Source of the DNA: Yuukianura sp. NJ FZ-2021 | Taxonomy: Eukaryota | Length of the DNA: 64,000 nt | Assembly (NCBI GenBank): GCA_046563655.1 | Contig: CM102285.1 | Coordinates: 4,402,001 to 4,466,000, forward strand | Direction: 5' to 3' | Part shown: positions 1-13,129 of the stretch, in pieces | How the letters are laid out: every line of letters begins with the position of its first letter | Position numbering within the stretch: position 1 is the first letter of the stretch | Notes under the pieces: generated by a model | Seen by the model: only the letters and a program-made list of their open reading frames with translations | The model's database searches: none | What the model was told of the DNA's origin: nothing | Program-made: the position numbers and the translations under genes

Positions 1-529
1 CAGTACAAAAATTCAAAAATTATAAATAAATATTTCTATTTTCTGATTTTTAAAATTTTGACTTCTAAATATATTACCAGCGCTTTGTAAGCAACACCAG
101 CATAATACGAACGTTACGGCTAAATACATTGGCAAATTCCACCTTTCCTAGAAATGACAAAAACAAGAGTAATGTAGTTACATATTGATATTAGTGTTAG
201 TATTTGATTAAAATTAAGCTAATTTAATTTTTAGGTTGGATAATATGGGCTTGAAATTGTTTCTTCAATCGTTTTGAAATGTAGACTTTTGAAATGAAAC
301 GTGAACTTTGACGTTCGTGCTCGAAGAAGAAGTATTTGTACGGCAATTACAATGTAAAGCGCTAATCGTAAAACTCTTTCCTTATTCGTGTTCCTAAGAA
401 TCACACACATATTAAATTGCGGCGGCTTGATGCAATTGTCAACATTGAACAGCTCGGGACCCTAACTTTATATTTCTAAAAAACTATATCAACTATGAAT
501 TGCTGCAAGTGAAGTGTGTTTTAGAGATT

Positions 530-1514
530 ATGAATATCTATCACTTCAGTACAACGGTTCTGATTGGTGTACTGACGCTGCAGGCCAAAGGTTTGAAATA
601 CATATTTTGTTTTGCATAAGAAATTATTTTTGTTTGTAGTTTTATTAGCAAAGTTCAATATTACAGTGTTTAGTTGGCAGTACGACACACGCCAACAAGC
701 AAGTATTGACTACGAATTCGAGCTTGAGAGGGAGCACACGAACGATCCCGTAGATAGTAATTTCTTGAAATATCAACTTGAACTTATCATATTTTATCAT
801 TCACTTTTTATTCTTATTTTATTAGCAAAGGAACTTGCAAAAGAAACACTTTATAATGTATATGCAAAAGCTGTGGCTTCAACTGGAAGACGAAATACAT
901 TGAAAATAGAAGACGCACTTGAACGTTTACAGAATTTAGGAAGAAGCGAAATTGATCAATTTTCCATGTTTCAATTGATTCGAACTTACGAACTGATGGA
1001 TGTAGACAAAGATGGAGAAATTACAAGTGAAGGTGCGCGAAGTTATGATAATCTTAAATTTGATAAACGTAAACATGATAAATATGATTATTAATATTGA
1101 TTTTATAGAAATGAATCAAAAAATCTATTTTTATTTGCAGAATACGTTCAATTTTATTTGGATTCTGTAACGTCTCCATCAAAAAGTTTGGAAATGATGC
1201 ATACGCTTTTAGATTTGGACGGAGATGGATTCATTACAATTTGGGAGCAGTTTATGGTTACAAAATTTCAAATTATAAAAGAGAAACAAACAAAAATTTT
1301 TGAAAATATTTTTTGAACCTCCGAGAAAAAAAATTGTTTTTAGTGCCACATTATGGACAATGGCGAAGCGAGAACACCGTTGGAAGTGTACAAAGCAGCT
1401 TCACATGACCTTCGGCAGATGGACGTGGATGGGGATGACATGGTAAACAAGGATGAATTTTTAGGTTATATAATTTACAACGTTCAGCAAAGTGTATTTG
1501 AACAAACTCTTTAA
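530..1514 (+). CDS. Multi-exon EF-hand calcium-binding protein with probable signal peptide
   Basis: Spliced reading MNIYHFSTTVLIGVLTLQAK|VFSW... contains three EF loops (DVDKDGEITSEE, DLDGDGFITIWE, DVDGDDMVNKDE). Introns are short GT-AG; stop TAA at 1512-1514. Confidence 0.75.
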
Positions 1515-1522
1515 CCGCGCAA

Positions 1523-2050
1523 TAGAGACGGTGAGTGAAACGTACTCTGATTCTAGAAAATGATTCTAGCTACAATACTGGTACTGTAGGTTCATGAGGG
1601 TGCGTTTTGTATTCTGGGCTAACGTATTGTGCAGTTTTTAAACAAACTGAAACAATTCGAAACGAAGCAAAAATCGGACTTGTCAATGTGTTCTAGACAT
1701 TTTTAAACATTGTTTTGGCTGTTCTGAACATGTTCTAGACATTGCTAGTTTGTTCTGAACATGTTCTAAACATCGCTAGCTTTGTTTTGAACATGTTTTA
1801 AACACCGCTAGCTTTGTTCTGAAAATGGCCTGAGTCTGAATATAAGGTTGCGGTGATCAAAATTTGTTCTGAAAGAATTAGCGAATTTGAATTGCTACTT
1901 TTGTTGTTTGTCACCAGCCCCACAGTCAGAATACGTTCCTGAGACATGTTTTGCGGAATTGCAAAAAATACTGTAGAATGGATTCTAGAGGTTCCGCTAC
2001 AGTCTAGAATACGTTTCTAGAATCAGAGTACGAAAAACTCACCGTCTCTA
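1523..2050. mobile_element. MITE / non-autonomous TIR element
   Basis: Left end TAGAGACGGTGAGT..CGTACTCTGATTCTAGAAA is inverted at the right end (TTTCTAGAATCAGAGTACG..ACTCACCGTCTCTA). Internal ~30-bp tandem repeats at ~1690-1820. Confidence 0.8.
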
Positions 2051-2129
2051 ATATATCCAAATTGTATTCAAGTTCTGCACCAGCCCCCTGCAATCAGCAC
2101 CATTAGCAACCAACGCAATTTTTTGTTTG

Positions 2130-2270
2130 TGACGTCACCAGCTGAAAAAATACCGTAATCGTGGTACTTTAACCCGCTGGCATCTATGTAAACAAGATGC
2201 GGTTTGCGGGTTTCTATAGGACACCATCATTAATACGCAGAATTCCGGTATTTTTCAGCGGGTGACGTCA
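2130..2270. repeat. Short inverted repeat (small MITE remnant)
   Basis: TGACGTCACCAGCTGAAAAAATACCG versus CGGTATTTTTCAGCGGGTGACGTCA. Confidence 0.55.
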
Positions 2271-2841
2271 TTTTTTTTCCACATGGCAACCAAACAAACT
2301 TTCTATCCGCACTACCTAGTAGTATTCTATTTACCTTATTGGTTCTGCACAAAGGATGTGATTCTATTAAACAGGCAGGAACAGGATAGATACTCGATTT
2401 TAACCAAACTATTACGTGCATTGTATGCGCGGTACACAAATATTTGAATACACAAACACTGTATTAGTAAACACATTTTGTATAGGCAAGTTGTTCTGTT
2501 TATTGTAAAGTATTAACATCTTTATTTATCAGGTTAGGCTCAGGTTGAGGAGTTCGTTCAGGCAGGCACTGAAAGGAGGAGTTAATTTTAGCTTGCATAT
2601 ATTAGTTGCTTGTTTCCTGATTAGACCTGCGATTGCGACGCAAACCTAAGCTTGACTAACTGTTAGGCTAATCAATCACAATGACTCCTATTGAATAATT
2701 TTTTAATAAAAAAAACCATATACAGGATCCTGTATTATGATAAGGTCTTTTCTTCTTAAATCCTATTCGAAACTCAACTGTTTGTAGTAGGTCTAATCAA
2801 TGAATCGAAACAAACCAACAAAACTACCTTAACAATATTGG

Positions 2842-4208
2842 GGAGGTTGCGCTGCAAAACCTATCTCAAAACCTATTTCCTATCACCCAACGCGATAGGT
2901 TTAGGAATAGGTTTAGGTATCGACATTGTGCGTTACGAAAAATGAGCTCACCCTTGCCACTTACCTAACCTCTATGACCTATCGGAAAGCCAGGAAATTT
3001 TGAAAAAATTCTCAGACAGCTGATCCAGTGTTTACATAAAACATAAGATAAACTTAGAAGCATGTGAAATATTTAAGAAAAAAATATTCATGAGAAAAAG
3101 TATAGAGACTTTAAATAAATTTATTGAAAAATACATACTAAAAAATCCAAATATTTCTAGAAGAAAATAATAGATCAAACAATTGAAAATTTAATGAGAA
3201 AAATTAAAAATAAAAAGAATATTTAGTAATCTTAGCTTTGAACAATCGGTAATTGAATTTATTTTTTTAAATGCACGATTGTTTACTTTTCAATTCTGAA
3301 AAAGTTTCTTATCAACGTTTAAAAATATCGAACTGTTTTTTTTTCTTAAAAATTGAATTTTCAAAATTTGGATTTTGTCTTCAAACCTTTAAATTCTTTG
3401 CATTAAATTACAAACTAAATTAAACTAAAAATTATATTTACATTTTCTTCTACAACCCTTTTATATTTGTTTCATTTTTTAGTTCATCTGAATTGCTATT
3501 TTTTTTAATGCCGTTCATCAAAAAGTTTAATGTATTTTCTGTTAATAATAATATTTCCTACGGCTTATTTGAATTTTACAAAATTTCAATTTTTTGCCAA
3601 TTTTGTTTTCTCTCCGAATTTCGTTTTTTTTCCTCGAAAGTATATGTTTTTTTAATCTTTGGTTATTGTCTTAAGAGTTTTTACAGTTTTTTAAAAATAT
3701 TTTTGGCTATTGTTTTGAGATTTTTTTTTTGCTTTTTAACACTTCTTGTCTTAAGATCTTTTGTTTTTTAAATACTTTCAGTTATTGTCTTAAAGTTTTC
3801 CGTTTTTTAATATTTTTGGTTATTGTGTTGAAAATTTATAGTGTTTTTAAATTTTTTGGTTTTTGTCTCAAAATTAATATACTTTTTGAATATTTTTGGC
3901 TATTGTTTTAAAAATTTTCATCGCTTTTTATATTTTTGCTTATTGTCTTAAAAATTTCTATTTTGTTTAATATTTGTAGATATTGTCTTAAAATTTTACC
4001 CTTGCTTTGTTCAAAATTATGGGCGGATTGAGATAGGTAATGGAGATGGGTTTGGGCTTAGGTCTTACCTAACAGAGGCCCTCCGTTAGGTCACCTAACT
4101 CGAAGGCTGTACCTAACGAGCCGATTTTACCTAACGAAGACCGGAAGTAACCTATCTCGTTAGGTTTAGGTAATAGGTTTAGGTGATAGGTCGTGCAGCG
4201 CAACCTCC
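2842..4208. mobile_element. Non-autonomous TIR element with AT-rich core
   Basis: TIR GGAGGTTGCGCTGCA / TGCAGCGCAACCTCC with subterminal ACCTA/TAGGT repeats. Flanks ATATTGG / ATATTAG resemble a decayed TSD. Degenerate ~40-bp repeats (GGTTATTGTCTTAA) at ~3660-3990. Confidence 0.75.
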
Positions 4209-5082
4209 ATATTAGATGCGTTGTTTGTAACCAAATCACTTTAAAAGCAACCTTACATTTAACGTGTTAAAGGACAAAATGGGAGCCTGAACTTACTGGA
4301 TGATCCGTTTTGTCGCAGGGAACGGCGTTCTCTGTATTCGTCATATCCAAGATAAAGAAATTGGGTCGCAGTTTAATATCATAATCGATGCATCGGCTCG
4401 GTTCAAGTTTTCATCTGAACTGGGCTATGCATTAAATGGCGGTTTGGCAGGCTCCAAAATGGATGGAAGATGGATCGGCGCAGTTCGAGACGTTTTAATC
4501 GTTCACGCAGGCGTTTCACTTGGAGCTGGAATTATTTCTGTTAGAAACACAGTTGTTCAAGTCGAGAAATCTCTCGCTCTCGTTTTGTGACGATTTTCAC
4601 GTCAAATCCGTCGAAATGACACAAAAACAGTAGGCCATATACGTTTCCCGATTAGTGTATTAACATGCAGCAAGAACGTTATCAAATTCCGTTTATCAGA
4701 AAACCTTTTCATCTAAAATAGAAATAATATAAGAATAAAATAATAATAAAGTATGAAATTCTACGAGTAAGTTTAGTTTTAGTGGAACCTTCAAGCTTGT
4801 TTGCTTGGCCTAAATTTTGTAAGGTTAAAAAGCGAATTTAAAATTAGGAATCTGATTTCAATTCTTGACATCAATGCTAGTCTATTTTCCTAAACCATGT
4901 CAAGCATAATATTTTCATCAAAATTTACAATTATGACCTAAAAATTCACAGTGACTTTGTTCCTAGCCACAATCTTCTTTCTAGTAAAAGTAAATGCTCG
5001 TTTTATCACTTCGGTTTCATTCTTCATGTTTAAGAAGAACCAAGGTTACTAATCAAACTATTTCTTAAAAAAAATTAGCAAA

Positions 5083-8000
5083 ATGGTCATCTCCAACATG
5101 TTTGTTTTGCTGATTCTGGTCTTGGTTTCACCAAAGGACGGGTTGGCAGATGTGGTGACTTAGTAAGTAAAGTTATTATAGTTTAATTTTTAATGTTTGA
5201 CCCTTTGTTGATTGTAATTCAAAGTCGTTGCTCATGGCAATTTTGATAATCGAACACAAATGTATGGAACCAACCTAACCGCTTTCTACTATTCTCATAA
5301 TACCCCAATTTTCTTCGTAGAAAAAGGTTAAAAAAGATTTGTATTCCGCATCTGAATTTTTCGTCCGAAATTTTTAACCTAAAATTCTTGTTCATGTCTT
5401 ATCTTGGTGCAAATTGTGTGCAAAATTCCAAAATGTGAAGGAATCCAGGGACCTAAAAGATACCCCTTTTGGAGTTGTTCCAGATTTTTTTCAATACGAC
5501 CTAATTCCACAACCACTGCTGGAGGTCAGGCTATCCAAATCCAAAGAAATGTTATTTAAATGTTTGGGTGATCTCCGATCTCACGGAGTAGTTGTGGGGT
5601 CACAGACTGTGACAGTCACTCGTAGTTTACGGACAAAAACTACCCTTTGACATTCAACGTCGATGAATTCGTTGCCATTATTAATAGAGGTTTTTGTATC
5701 ATTTACTTGAAAATTAATACAAAAATTATAAATAAAATTACACGGTAACAAAAATTCCGACCGTTGTCTCGTGTAACTGATTTTGGCGTTTGAAAATTAA
5801 ATAAACAAAGGGTCAAACATTAAAAATTAAACTATAATTCTACTTAATCGCTATCCGAGGGAATCCTATGGTTACATCTATCTGTTCGTCTGTCTGTCAT
5901 GTAACTGATATAAGGACGGTTCCATGTGATTTGGTCAGAAAGTGAAAAGATCAAAAGTGAAATGATCAGAAAAAAAAGGTCAGAAAAGGAAGGAACGTAA
6001 CCAAACCTAACCTTGGATCTTTTGAATTCTGACCTTTTCACTTCTGACCATTTCACTTCTGACCAAATATTTCTGACCATTTCACCTGCTACGTATAAGG
6101 ACAGAGTTCACAGCTTTTTTCACAGATCATTAGCCGATAGAGTATGCTAACCAAATCGGCGTTTCCCTTGACCTCATTCAAGGTCAGAGGCCAAGAGTCA
6201 AAAACATATTGTAAACTATATATACAAACACATACTATATATTTCCTGCATACTATATATACTATATGCTATATAGTAACTAGTATACTATTTCATAATG
6301 ATATTTAGTATATATTTAATTTTAATTTACCTAAGCATAACCTTACCTAGCCATTTACCGTATTTTCCCAAATAGTACACCTGGTGTACTAATTTTGTTT
6401 TCGACTTCTGGGGGTGGTGTACTATTAGGGACCTGGTGTATTATTAGAGACGGTGTACTAATTAATTTTTTAAGAATGAGGATTTTATTCTTAACTAAAA
6501 CGTTTAGGAATCAGGAGAAAATAATTTCTAAATTACTAAAAACTACTCCACTTCGTTTTCAGAATCCGTATCCACAGTGTCCAGCTCGTATTCTTCTTCT
6601 CCATTTAAGTCAATCAACACTTCGTTGTTGTTGTCTTCTTCAGGATCTTCACAAATCTGCAGATCCTCCTCCTTTTGTATATTCCTTGTCGGAATCTCCT
6701 GCTAGCCAAGAATCGTAAAGTTCGGTAAATACGAGCTTTGAAGGGTTTATTCCAGCACAAATCTGGAGCTTGAATATACTTTGTACATCCTCCAGGAATG
6801 ACTGTCATTGTGGTGTTGTAGCCAATGAGTTCACTTTTAGTATATTCACTGATGTGACATTTGTAAGAATCCCAAGCTAACAAACGATGTTTGAAGGAAA
6901 ATCGTGTGTACACAGTTTTCAACCACTCACGGGTCAGATCATCGTTCATCTAACCATTTGAAGTGCTACGAATTACGATCCCAGTTTCTGTAAACAAAAT
7001 ACTGTTTCAGTATGAATGTAATAATGAGGAAAAAATTTTTTATTCACAATAATTACTCACCTAAAGCATTTTCGTTTCTAATCCATGTCCGAATACTCTG
7101 TCGATCAATGTTGTATTCTTTAGCTGCTGCAGAACTTGATTTATCCTTGGCCAATTTCAATACTTTCAATTTGAACTCCAGGTCAAATGATCTTTTTTGT
7201 TGGGAGACATTTTAAGTAAGAATACGAATTTTAAGTAAAACAATTTGGAGAGAAGTAACGTGGAGATAAATACAACAAATGAAGAGCTATAATATTAGCT
7301 CAACTAACTTCTCCGGGTGTTATACTCCTAATGCTACATTACCAAGGACCCTGGTGTACTATTAGAGACCTGGTGTACTATTTGGGACGGTGTACTAATT
7401 AATTTTTCGGGCCCTGGACCTGGTGTACTATTAGGGACCTGGTGTACTATTTAGGTATGGTGTACTATTAGGGAAAATACGGTAGTCCATATTTTGTAGA
7501 GTTGGCCCTTGTGCCAACTCTAAGAAAGATCTGGAAAGATGACCGCTCGATCGTACGACTGGAAAGGAACTGATCCTTATTCTTCGAATAAAGATCTGAA
7601 TCAAAAATAAGAAATAAAACTAAAAGCTAAACTGTGCTGTGCGGTCTGTCCTCCCCGTGGCTCTCTCCTCTCCTCCTCCTCCTCCTCGGACGGTGGGAAA
7701 TACTGCGCCGTCACAATTTTGCTGCTAAAGTTTACATATGTGTTACATGTATTCTTATAGTGACGTGGCTTGCGGAGCCTGCGAGAAAAAATGTACAGAC
7801 AAAGGATTTAAATTTGAAAAGTGTGAAACTGGAGCAAGGTACAGTAGTGACAAGCATGACCCAAGTTACGCAGGAAAACTACCCAATTACTGCAGTTGTA
7901 CTACTCCGCCATGCACAAATGCTAAAGAACGTTGTAAAGATGCCTTGCGCTTTGAATGCGAGGAATGGAAGGGCTCAGTTTATTGTAATCCCAAAAGAAA

Positions 8001-8409
8001 TCAGTGTGAATGTACTTGCGACCCTGTCAAATGCAACAAGTATTGTGCAGACAATGGGAACAAGTCTGGAGCGAAATGTGAAGAAGATATTTCCTTTGGA
8101 CTGAAGTGTATGTGTAAGGCGTCAAGCGGTCCAAAGGATTGTGATACGTTCATCAAGCAAACAAAAGCACTGAGCAAATGTGTTGATAAACATGTAGAGT
8201 ACAGAGAGTGCGATGATTTTGGAGAGTTGGTTTGTGATGTTCAACCAAAGGAAGTTACCAAAAACCGAAATCCATGCAAATGTAATTGCAATGCAGAAAA
8301 GTGTACGGAATATTGCACGAAACGGAACAAAACGGGAAAATGTAAGCCATTGGATACGGACCGAGCAAAAAAGTACAACCTGCGCGGAGAAACTTGTAAA
8401 TGTACCTAA
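5083..8409 (+). CDS. Secreted Cys-rich protein with five tandem six-Cys modules (defensin/CS-alpha-beta-like); exons 5083-5162 and 7761-8409
   Basis: Exon 1 MVISNMFVLLILVLVSPKDGLADVVT-TA|gtaagt joins in phase with tatag|T-GAC-GTG of ORF 7738-8409. 30 Cys in total, with CxxxC and CxC motifs. Confidence 0.8.
5175..5838. mobile_element. Intronic inverted-repeat element (MITE-like)
   Basis: 35-bp perfect inverted repeat ATTATAGTTTAATTTTTAATGTTTGACCCTTTGTT at both ends. Confidence 0.7.
5918..6093. mobile_element. Small foldback-type insertion with 8-9 bp TSD
   Basis: Flanked by direct repeat TATAAGGAC (5909-5917, 6094-6102). Left arm has GGTCAGAA-like repeats, right arm has TTCTGACC repeats. Confidence 0.75.
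6358..7482 (-). mobile_element. Defective pogo-family DNA transposon (Brinker-type HTH plus DDE_1 remnants)
   Basis: TA-flanked TIR CCGTATTTTCCC.AATAGTACACC. Minus-strand remnants RSFDLEFKLKV..IDRQSIRTW and LLAWDSYKCH..IPGGCTKYIQAPDLCWNKPFK, with a frameshift, an in-frame TAG (NG*MND) and an internal deletion. Confidence 0.9.
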
Positions 8410-9887
8410 CTTTTTTTTTTTTGTTAACGGACGACGTTTCACGTAAAAAATCTTCAGTAGCTTAGCAACTATTCAGCGAAATTTTGTTTACCTTATAACC
8501 TTACTTAAAAATTGACATGAAATAACTAACCCACACAATTAAAGCAAACAAACAAAATAATTTACCTGAACCCGACATGTTGCAGCTCCCGAGTTACTTT
8601 AAGGTCAAATGTCATTAACATTGTATTATAAAAATAAAAATAAATAAAATGTTTTATGGAAAGTTTAAAATGTATTTTAAAAAACCGAAACCTTCTATTC
8701 TGCTCATTCTACTCCTCTCAGAGAGTTATGGGATGTTTGATTTTTGTTAAAGTTCAAGCAATGAGAGCAGGTAGGGTGTGAGTCCATAGGTTAGATGGAC
8801 TGAATATGATTCGCAGCGCAAGTAGTAGCAGTGGAATGATTAAATTTGGAATGATGAATCAACCGTAGGCGACACTCACTTCCTTTGAAAAAACTAACCC
8901 AATACCAAAAACTACTGCTACTTGTGGAATTGACATTTGAAAGCTAAACTCTGGCTGACGAGTTACTTGCAGTCATAAAACTGGAACCTTCATCAAGAAA
9001 TTAAGATGAAATACAAATTACACTTGCAATTACCAATTACTGCATAACAAGCAATTCATTTCACGCTCCAAAACAACAAGCCCAATTTTGAAACCGTCGA
9101 AATAAAAATGGCATCCTATTACATTTCATTTTCAGGAACTTTTTGGCTGCTAATCAACTGCAAATAAAACAACAAAATCCATTTTTTAAGAAAAATGAAA
9201 AAGAAAAGTTGTTATTAATTTCGGCATTGAAAAGCGCCATTGAGCCAGGTTATCTTTATTTCACGCAATCCACTTAAGAAAATGAAATTGGAATATTTTC
9301 TGGAAATATTACCTCGGATTTTAGTAGGCAGTACTTGGAAACAGTTTCGTGTATTTTCTTCGTTTACTTTGTACAAACAACTTAAAGAGCACGTTTAATG
9401 GATTTGAAATAAATTTTTCAAAGCAGAATTGGAACACTGGCGGGTTTAACTGGTAACTAACTGGCAATCAAATTCACCCTGACGACCTTTATAATTATTA
9501 TAATATTAGGTAGTTTAGATTGAATAACATTGTTAAGTTCGGTTAACATTCTGAATGTTTTGTTTTGGACTGAAGTGCCCAATTTCGATTTTATAGTTTT
9601 CCGGCGTATTTTCCTCAAAATTAGGACAGTACGCCTTCTTCATGGCAAACCTTTGTTAAAACGGCTTTAAAACTAGCTTAGGTGGTGTGTTCAGAAGCTT
9701 TAAAAATTCTTTAAAACAAGGTAGGGCAGTGCTCAAAGGTTGAGCACAAGTCTTTTGGAGGGAGTGGACAATTGATATGAGTTAAATCAACCGCGGTAGA
9801 GTTTCTTAGCAACTACGAACAACCGTTTGAGTAAAACACAGCAGAATTTAATTTCGAATATTCAGCAACGCACTAACCCAAATCGAA

Positions 9888-11843
9888 ATGTTATCTGAGG
9901 ATGTTCTTGCAGCTTTTAGTAACTACTTGTCTACGGCCTCCGACATTTTCGCTATGCCTGGGTATTGGAGCAAGCAAAACACGAAGTTCGAGCCGGCAAC
10001 TCGACGGCACAAAGCGTATGCCGTTATTTGCGCTTTATTTGACTTCCTAAAGGCTCTATATATTACTGTGGCTTACGGGTACATGGTGTCGCAGTATTTA
10101 AAGGAGCCCTCTGGTATTAACAAGGCGTTCTTCCCTGCTGTTTACATATGCTTAGTCGATAGCTGTGTAATAGCCGGTTACACGTCTCACTATTATCAAC
10201 TGGAAGTCGAACAATGTATTCACGGCTACCTTCGACTCAACAACTATTTGGGTTTGTGGTCCAACTTTTGTATAAGTAGTTTGGCGGCAAACTATAGCAT
10301 ATCCAGCAGCGATGAGGTTATATAGGCGTTGAATGCCAAATTTCAAATGTAATACACAGTATACCCAAACTGCAATTGATCACGAATCACATACATACCT
10401 AAAATAGAAATATTCTGAAATATACCTAAAATATCCATAAAATAAACTATCTATAGAGTATAATTAACAGAATAGAATTAATGAGTAGGTAGTTTCCCCT
10501 AAGCTTACACGTCCAAAATTATTTACAAGTCAAAACGTAAAGCATGAGACAGTCTTGACCCAGTGTCTAGTTTGGTAGCCCAAATTAGCAAATGATAACC
10601 TCTTTTTGTTTTAGTTTCAATTCATTGGTTGTAGGCCATAACTTTATTTCCGTCGGTATTTTTAATCTATGCGTTTTTTTTTGTTGAATTTATTCATTTT
10701 GGGTATTTATTTTCTGCGGATATTTGCATAATGTAATGATTATTCTTTTGCCTTGTTTTTTTATGTACTAGTTTTACATATTTCAGTACGTTATTAATGA
10801 CTATGAAATGAGTACGGTGGAGAAATTTACACTTGCGTTAGTCGTCCAAAATTTAGACTCCAAAGACCAATCTACGATATGCTGAAGAAGATTATTTATA
10901 GTATAACTTTGTTTGTCAATTTGGCTAGGTGTTTGGCTCCATTTAATTTTTTCATTTACTTTATGCAATTTAAAATATCGTATATTTACAAATTTATTGT
11001 AGCGAAACTATTGCACGTTGAAGACAAGACGATGAAGCTACAAGGTTTGATGTTGAGATATTTTCCTGCAATGCAAGTGACCATCATGTTCGGAACAATT
11101 TCTTTGGGAATATTATGGGTTCAAAATTACTTAGGAATCAACGCCTACATATTTTATTGCGGAGACAACTGGGGGCGACACGTAAACACCGCATTTATGG
11201 TGCTATACATAGTCAGGGGCTATAGTGTGTGGTTCCACTTGGTTACGGTCAACTTTATCTACATGTGGCTTCAGGAAATCTCGTAAGTTAACGCTGAGAG
11301 CGTTAGAACCTTTAAGGAACCCTTATTGTTTTGACTTCCTTCATGTAAAAGTTGTGTACTTGCAGGAGGAGAATTGCTAACGCAACTGGTGCCATGAAAT
11401 TTTTAAAGGCGCTTCATATATTTAAATGCTTGCGCGTAATGGAAATGCTCCACCGAAAAACTTTCTGTACATTCTACTTTCCAGGCAAAATGGCGTCTGC
11501 GCATCTCGTGCTCGCGGTCGTCACTTCGTCGCTGATTTTGTTCTACAGTCACATGAGCCTGATCTCCTTGTACTTTTTGTTCTCAATTGTCTGCGTCCAG
11601 ACGTTCGTGGTCACCATTCTTACCAAAGCATCGAGCTCGTTCACTGTAACGGCTACAACCATTCTCGTTCATTTCAAAAACTTTCGCGGCGTTGACCGTA
11701 ATCGCAAGCTGCGCGAACTCCGGCCGTTACGTGAAATTCGAGTCTATATGGGCTCGTTCTACTTTGTGAATCCAGGGACGCTTTTAGTAACCCTGGACAT
11801 CATTACGTCAAATATAATTAACGTAGTGTTGACCTACCATTAG
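9888..11843 (+). CDS. Seven-TM chemoreceptor (gustatory-receptor-like), multi-exon
   Basis: Three consecutive hydrophobic ORFs (9888-, 10879-, 11352-) ending IRVYMGSFYFVNPGTLLVTLDIITSNIINVVL, similar to the C-terminus of arthropod 7TM chemoreceptors. Internal splice sites are uncertain. Confidence 0.6.
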
Positions 11844-13129
11844 TATTAAACGCAAATGACTCTGCAGTCACTCAACTAAAATATTTAAAAGTAATAATGT
11901 GAGTTGACACACTTTTTAAAAATCTGTATGCCAAAATATGCAAGGGCTAGATATTTACTAACTTCAAGCTATTAAGCACTCCTGATAGTAACTAATTAGT
12001 ATTTTGTTATAACTAGAAGTAATGTTTACTCCATAACAGTAACATATAACTTAACCATTTGATTCACTATACGTATTATGACAAATTTACCTGTTTACCC
12101 AATTAGCTTATTGTATTTTGCATAATAAACTTCAGCACACAACCCTACCAAATTATATTTTGATTTTTTACTACATAAATGTGTTCGAATTCGGAATATG
12201 GGAAGTCTCAATTTTACAGTGAAATGGTTTTTTGATAAGGTATATGCAATGTGGAAAACTGGTACAGACCATTTGAAGTGTTTACGTTCATGAATTGCAA
12301 TGCTAAAAAAATAATTATTTACTACATTAGTCAATAAAGTTAATAATTGTTGTCAATAAATTTATATAAAGACTTTATTCAGACATTCTGAATCCTCTGG
12401 CAATTAATGGTCGAAAAAAGCCGGCTGTAACTATATTAGGATACACAACTTCTAAATTCTAGTAAGTAAGAGATTCGGAAGAATACTGATTATTTATTCA
12501 GAGATTCCAGGAATATATATACTAAGCAAAAAGGTACTGTCCTTAGCTAAGAGTTTGTTTGTAACATAATAAAAGGACAGAAAGTATAAAACTGGAATTG
12601 AGAGCAAAAACAGTTTTTGGGGTCACCTAATGCTGTTGCATGGGTGACCGTCATATGAGGACTTTTATGACAGAAAAAGTCCTTGCACTTTTAGAATTTG
12701 GAAAAGCGAGATTGAAAACAAGTCGGCAGAAACTGGATCAAAAACAGGATGCTCACTGTATGGTTAGGTCAAGTGACCTGACCTTACACTTTTCAAAAAA
12801 CAGAAACTTAGTTTTAATTACATAAATTCGCTTTCATTTCACGTACCTTACAAATTACTAAACCCCAAACTGCAAACTGTGTCGTATTTCAGTTTATAAG
12901 AAACCTGTTCTAGCAACATAAACTTTGTGTTATGTATTTCACAAAAAAGATGAGCATAATAAGAAGGTCACCTCATTTACGTCAGTATCATTCTTCAGAA
13001 AAGTAATCCTGTGCTGTGGTGACGTTTATTATAAACGTATTATTTGCAAACACCACAAATTCAGTCACATTTCCGAGAGTGTCCTTTGCAGTACCATAAA
13101 AACGTTTTCTTTTCTGCGTCAAATCCAGC

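Noticed and set aside
3493..3911. Hydrophobic Phe/Leu-rich ORFs
   Set aside because: T-rich degenerate repeats inside the 2842-4208 element.
4300..4712. 96-aa ORF and GC-richer segment
   Set aside because: No recognisable motif or consistent splice model on either strand.
8750..8940. Hydrophobic minus-strand reading resembling a membrane-protein remnant
   Set aside because: Short, interrupted by stops, and without a diagnostic motif.
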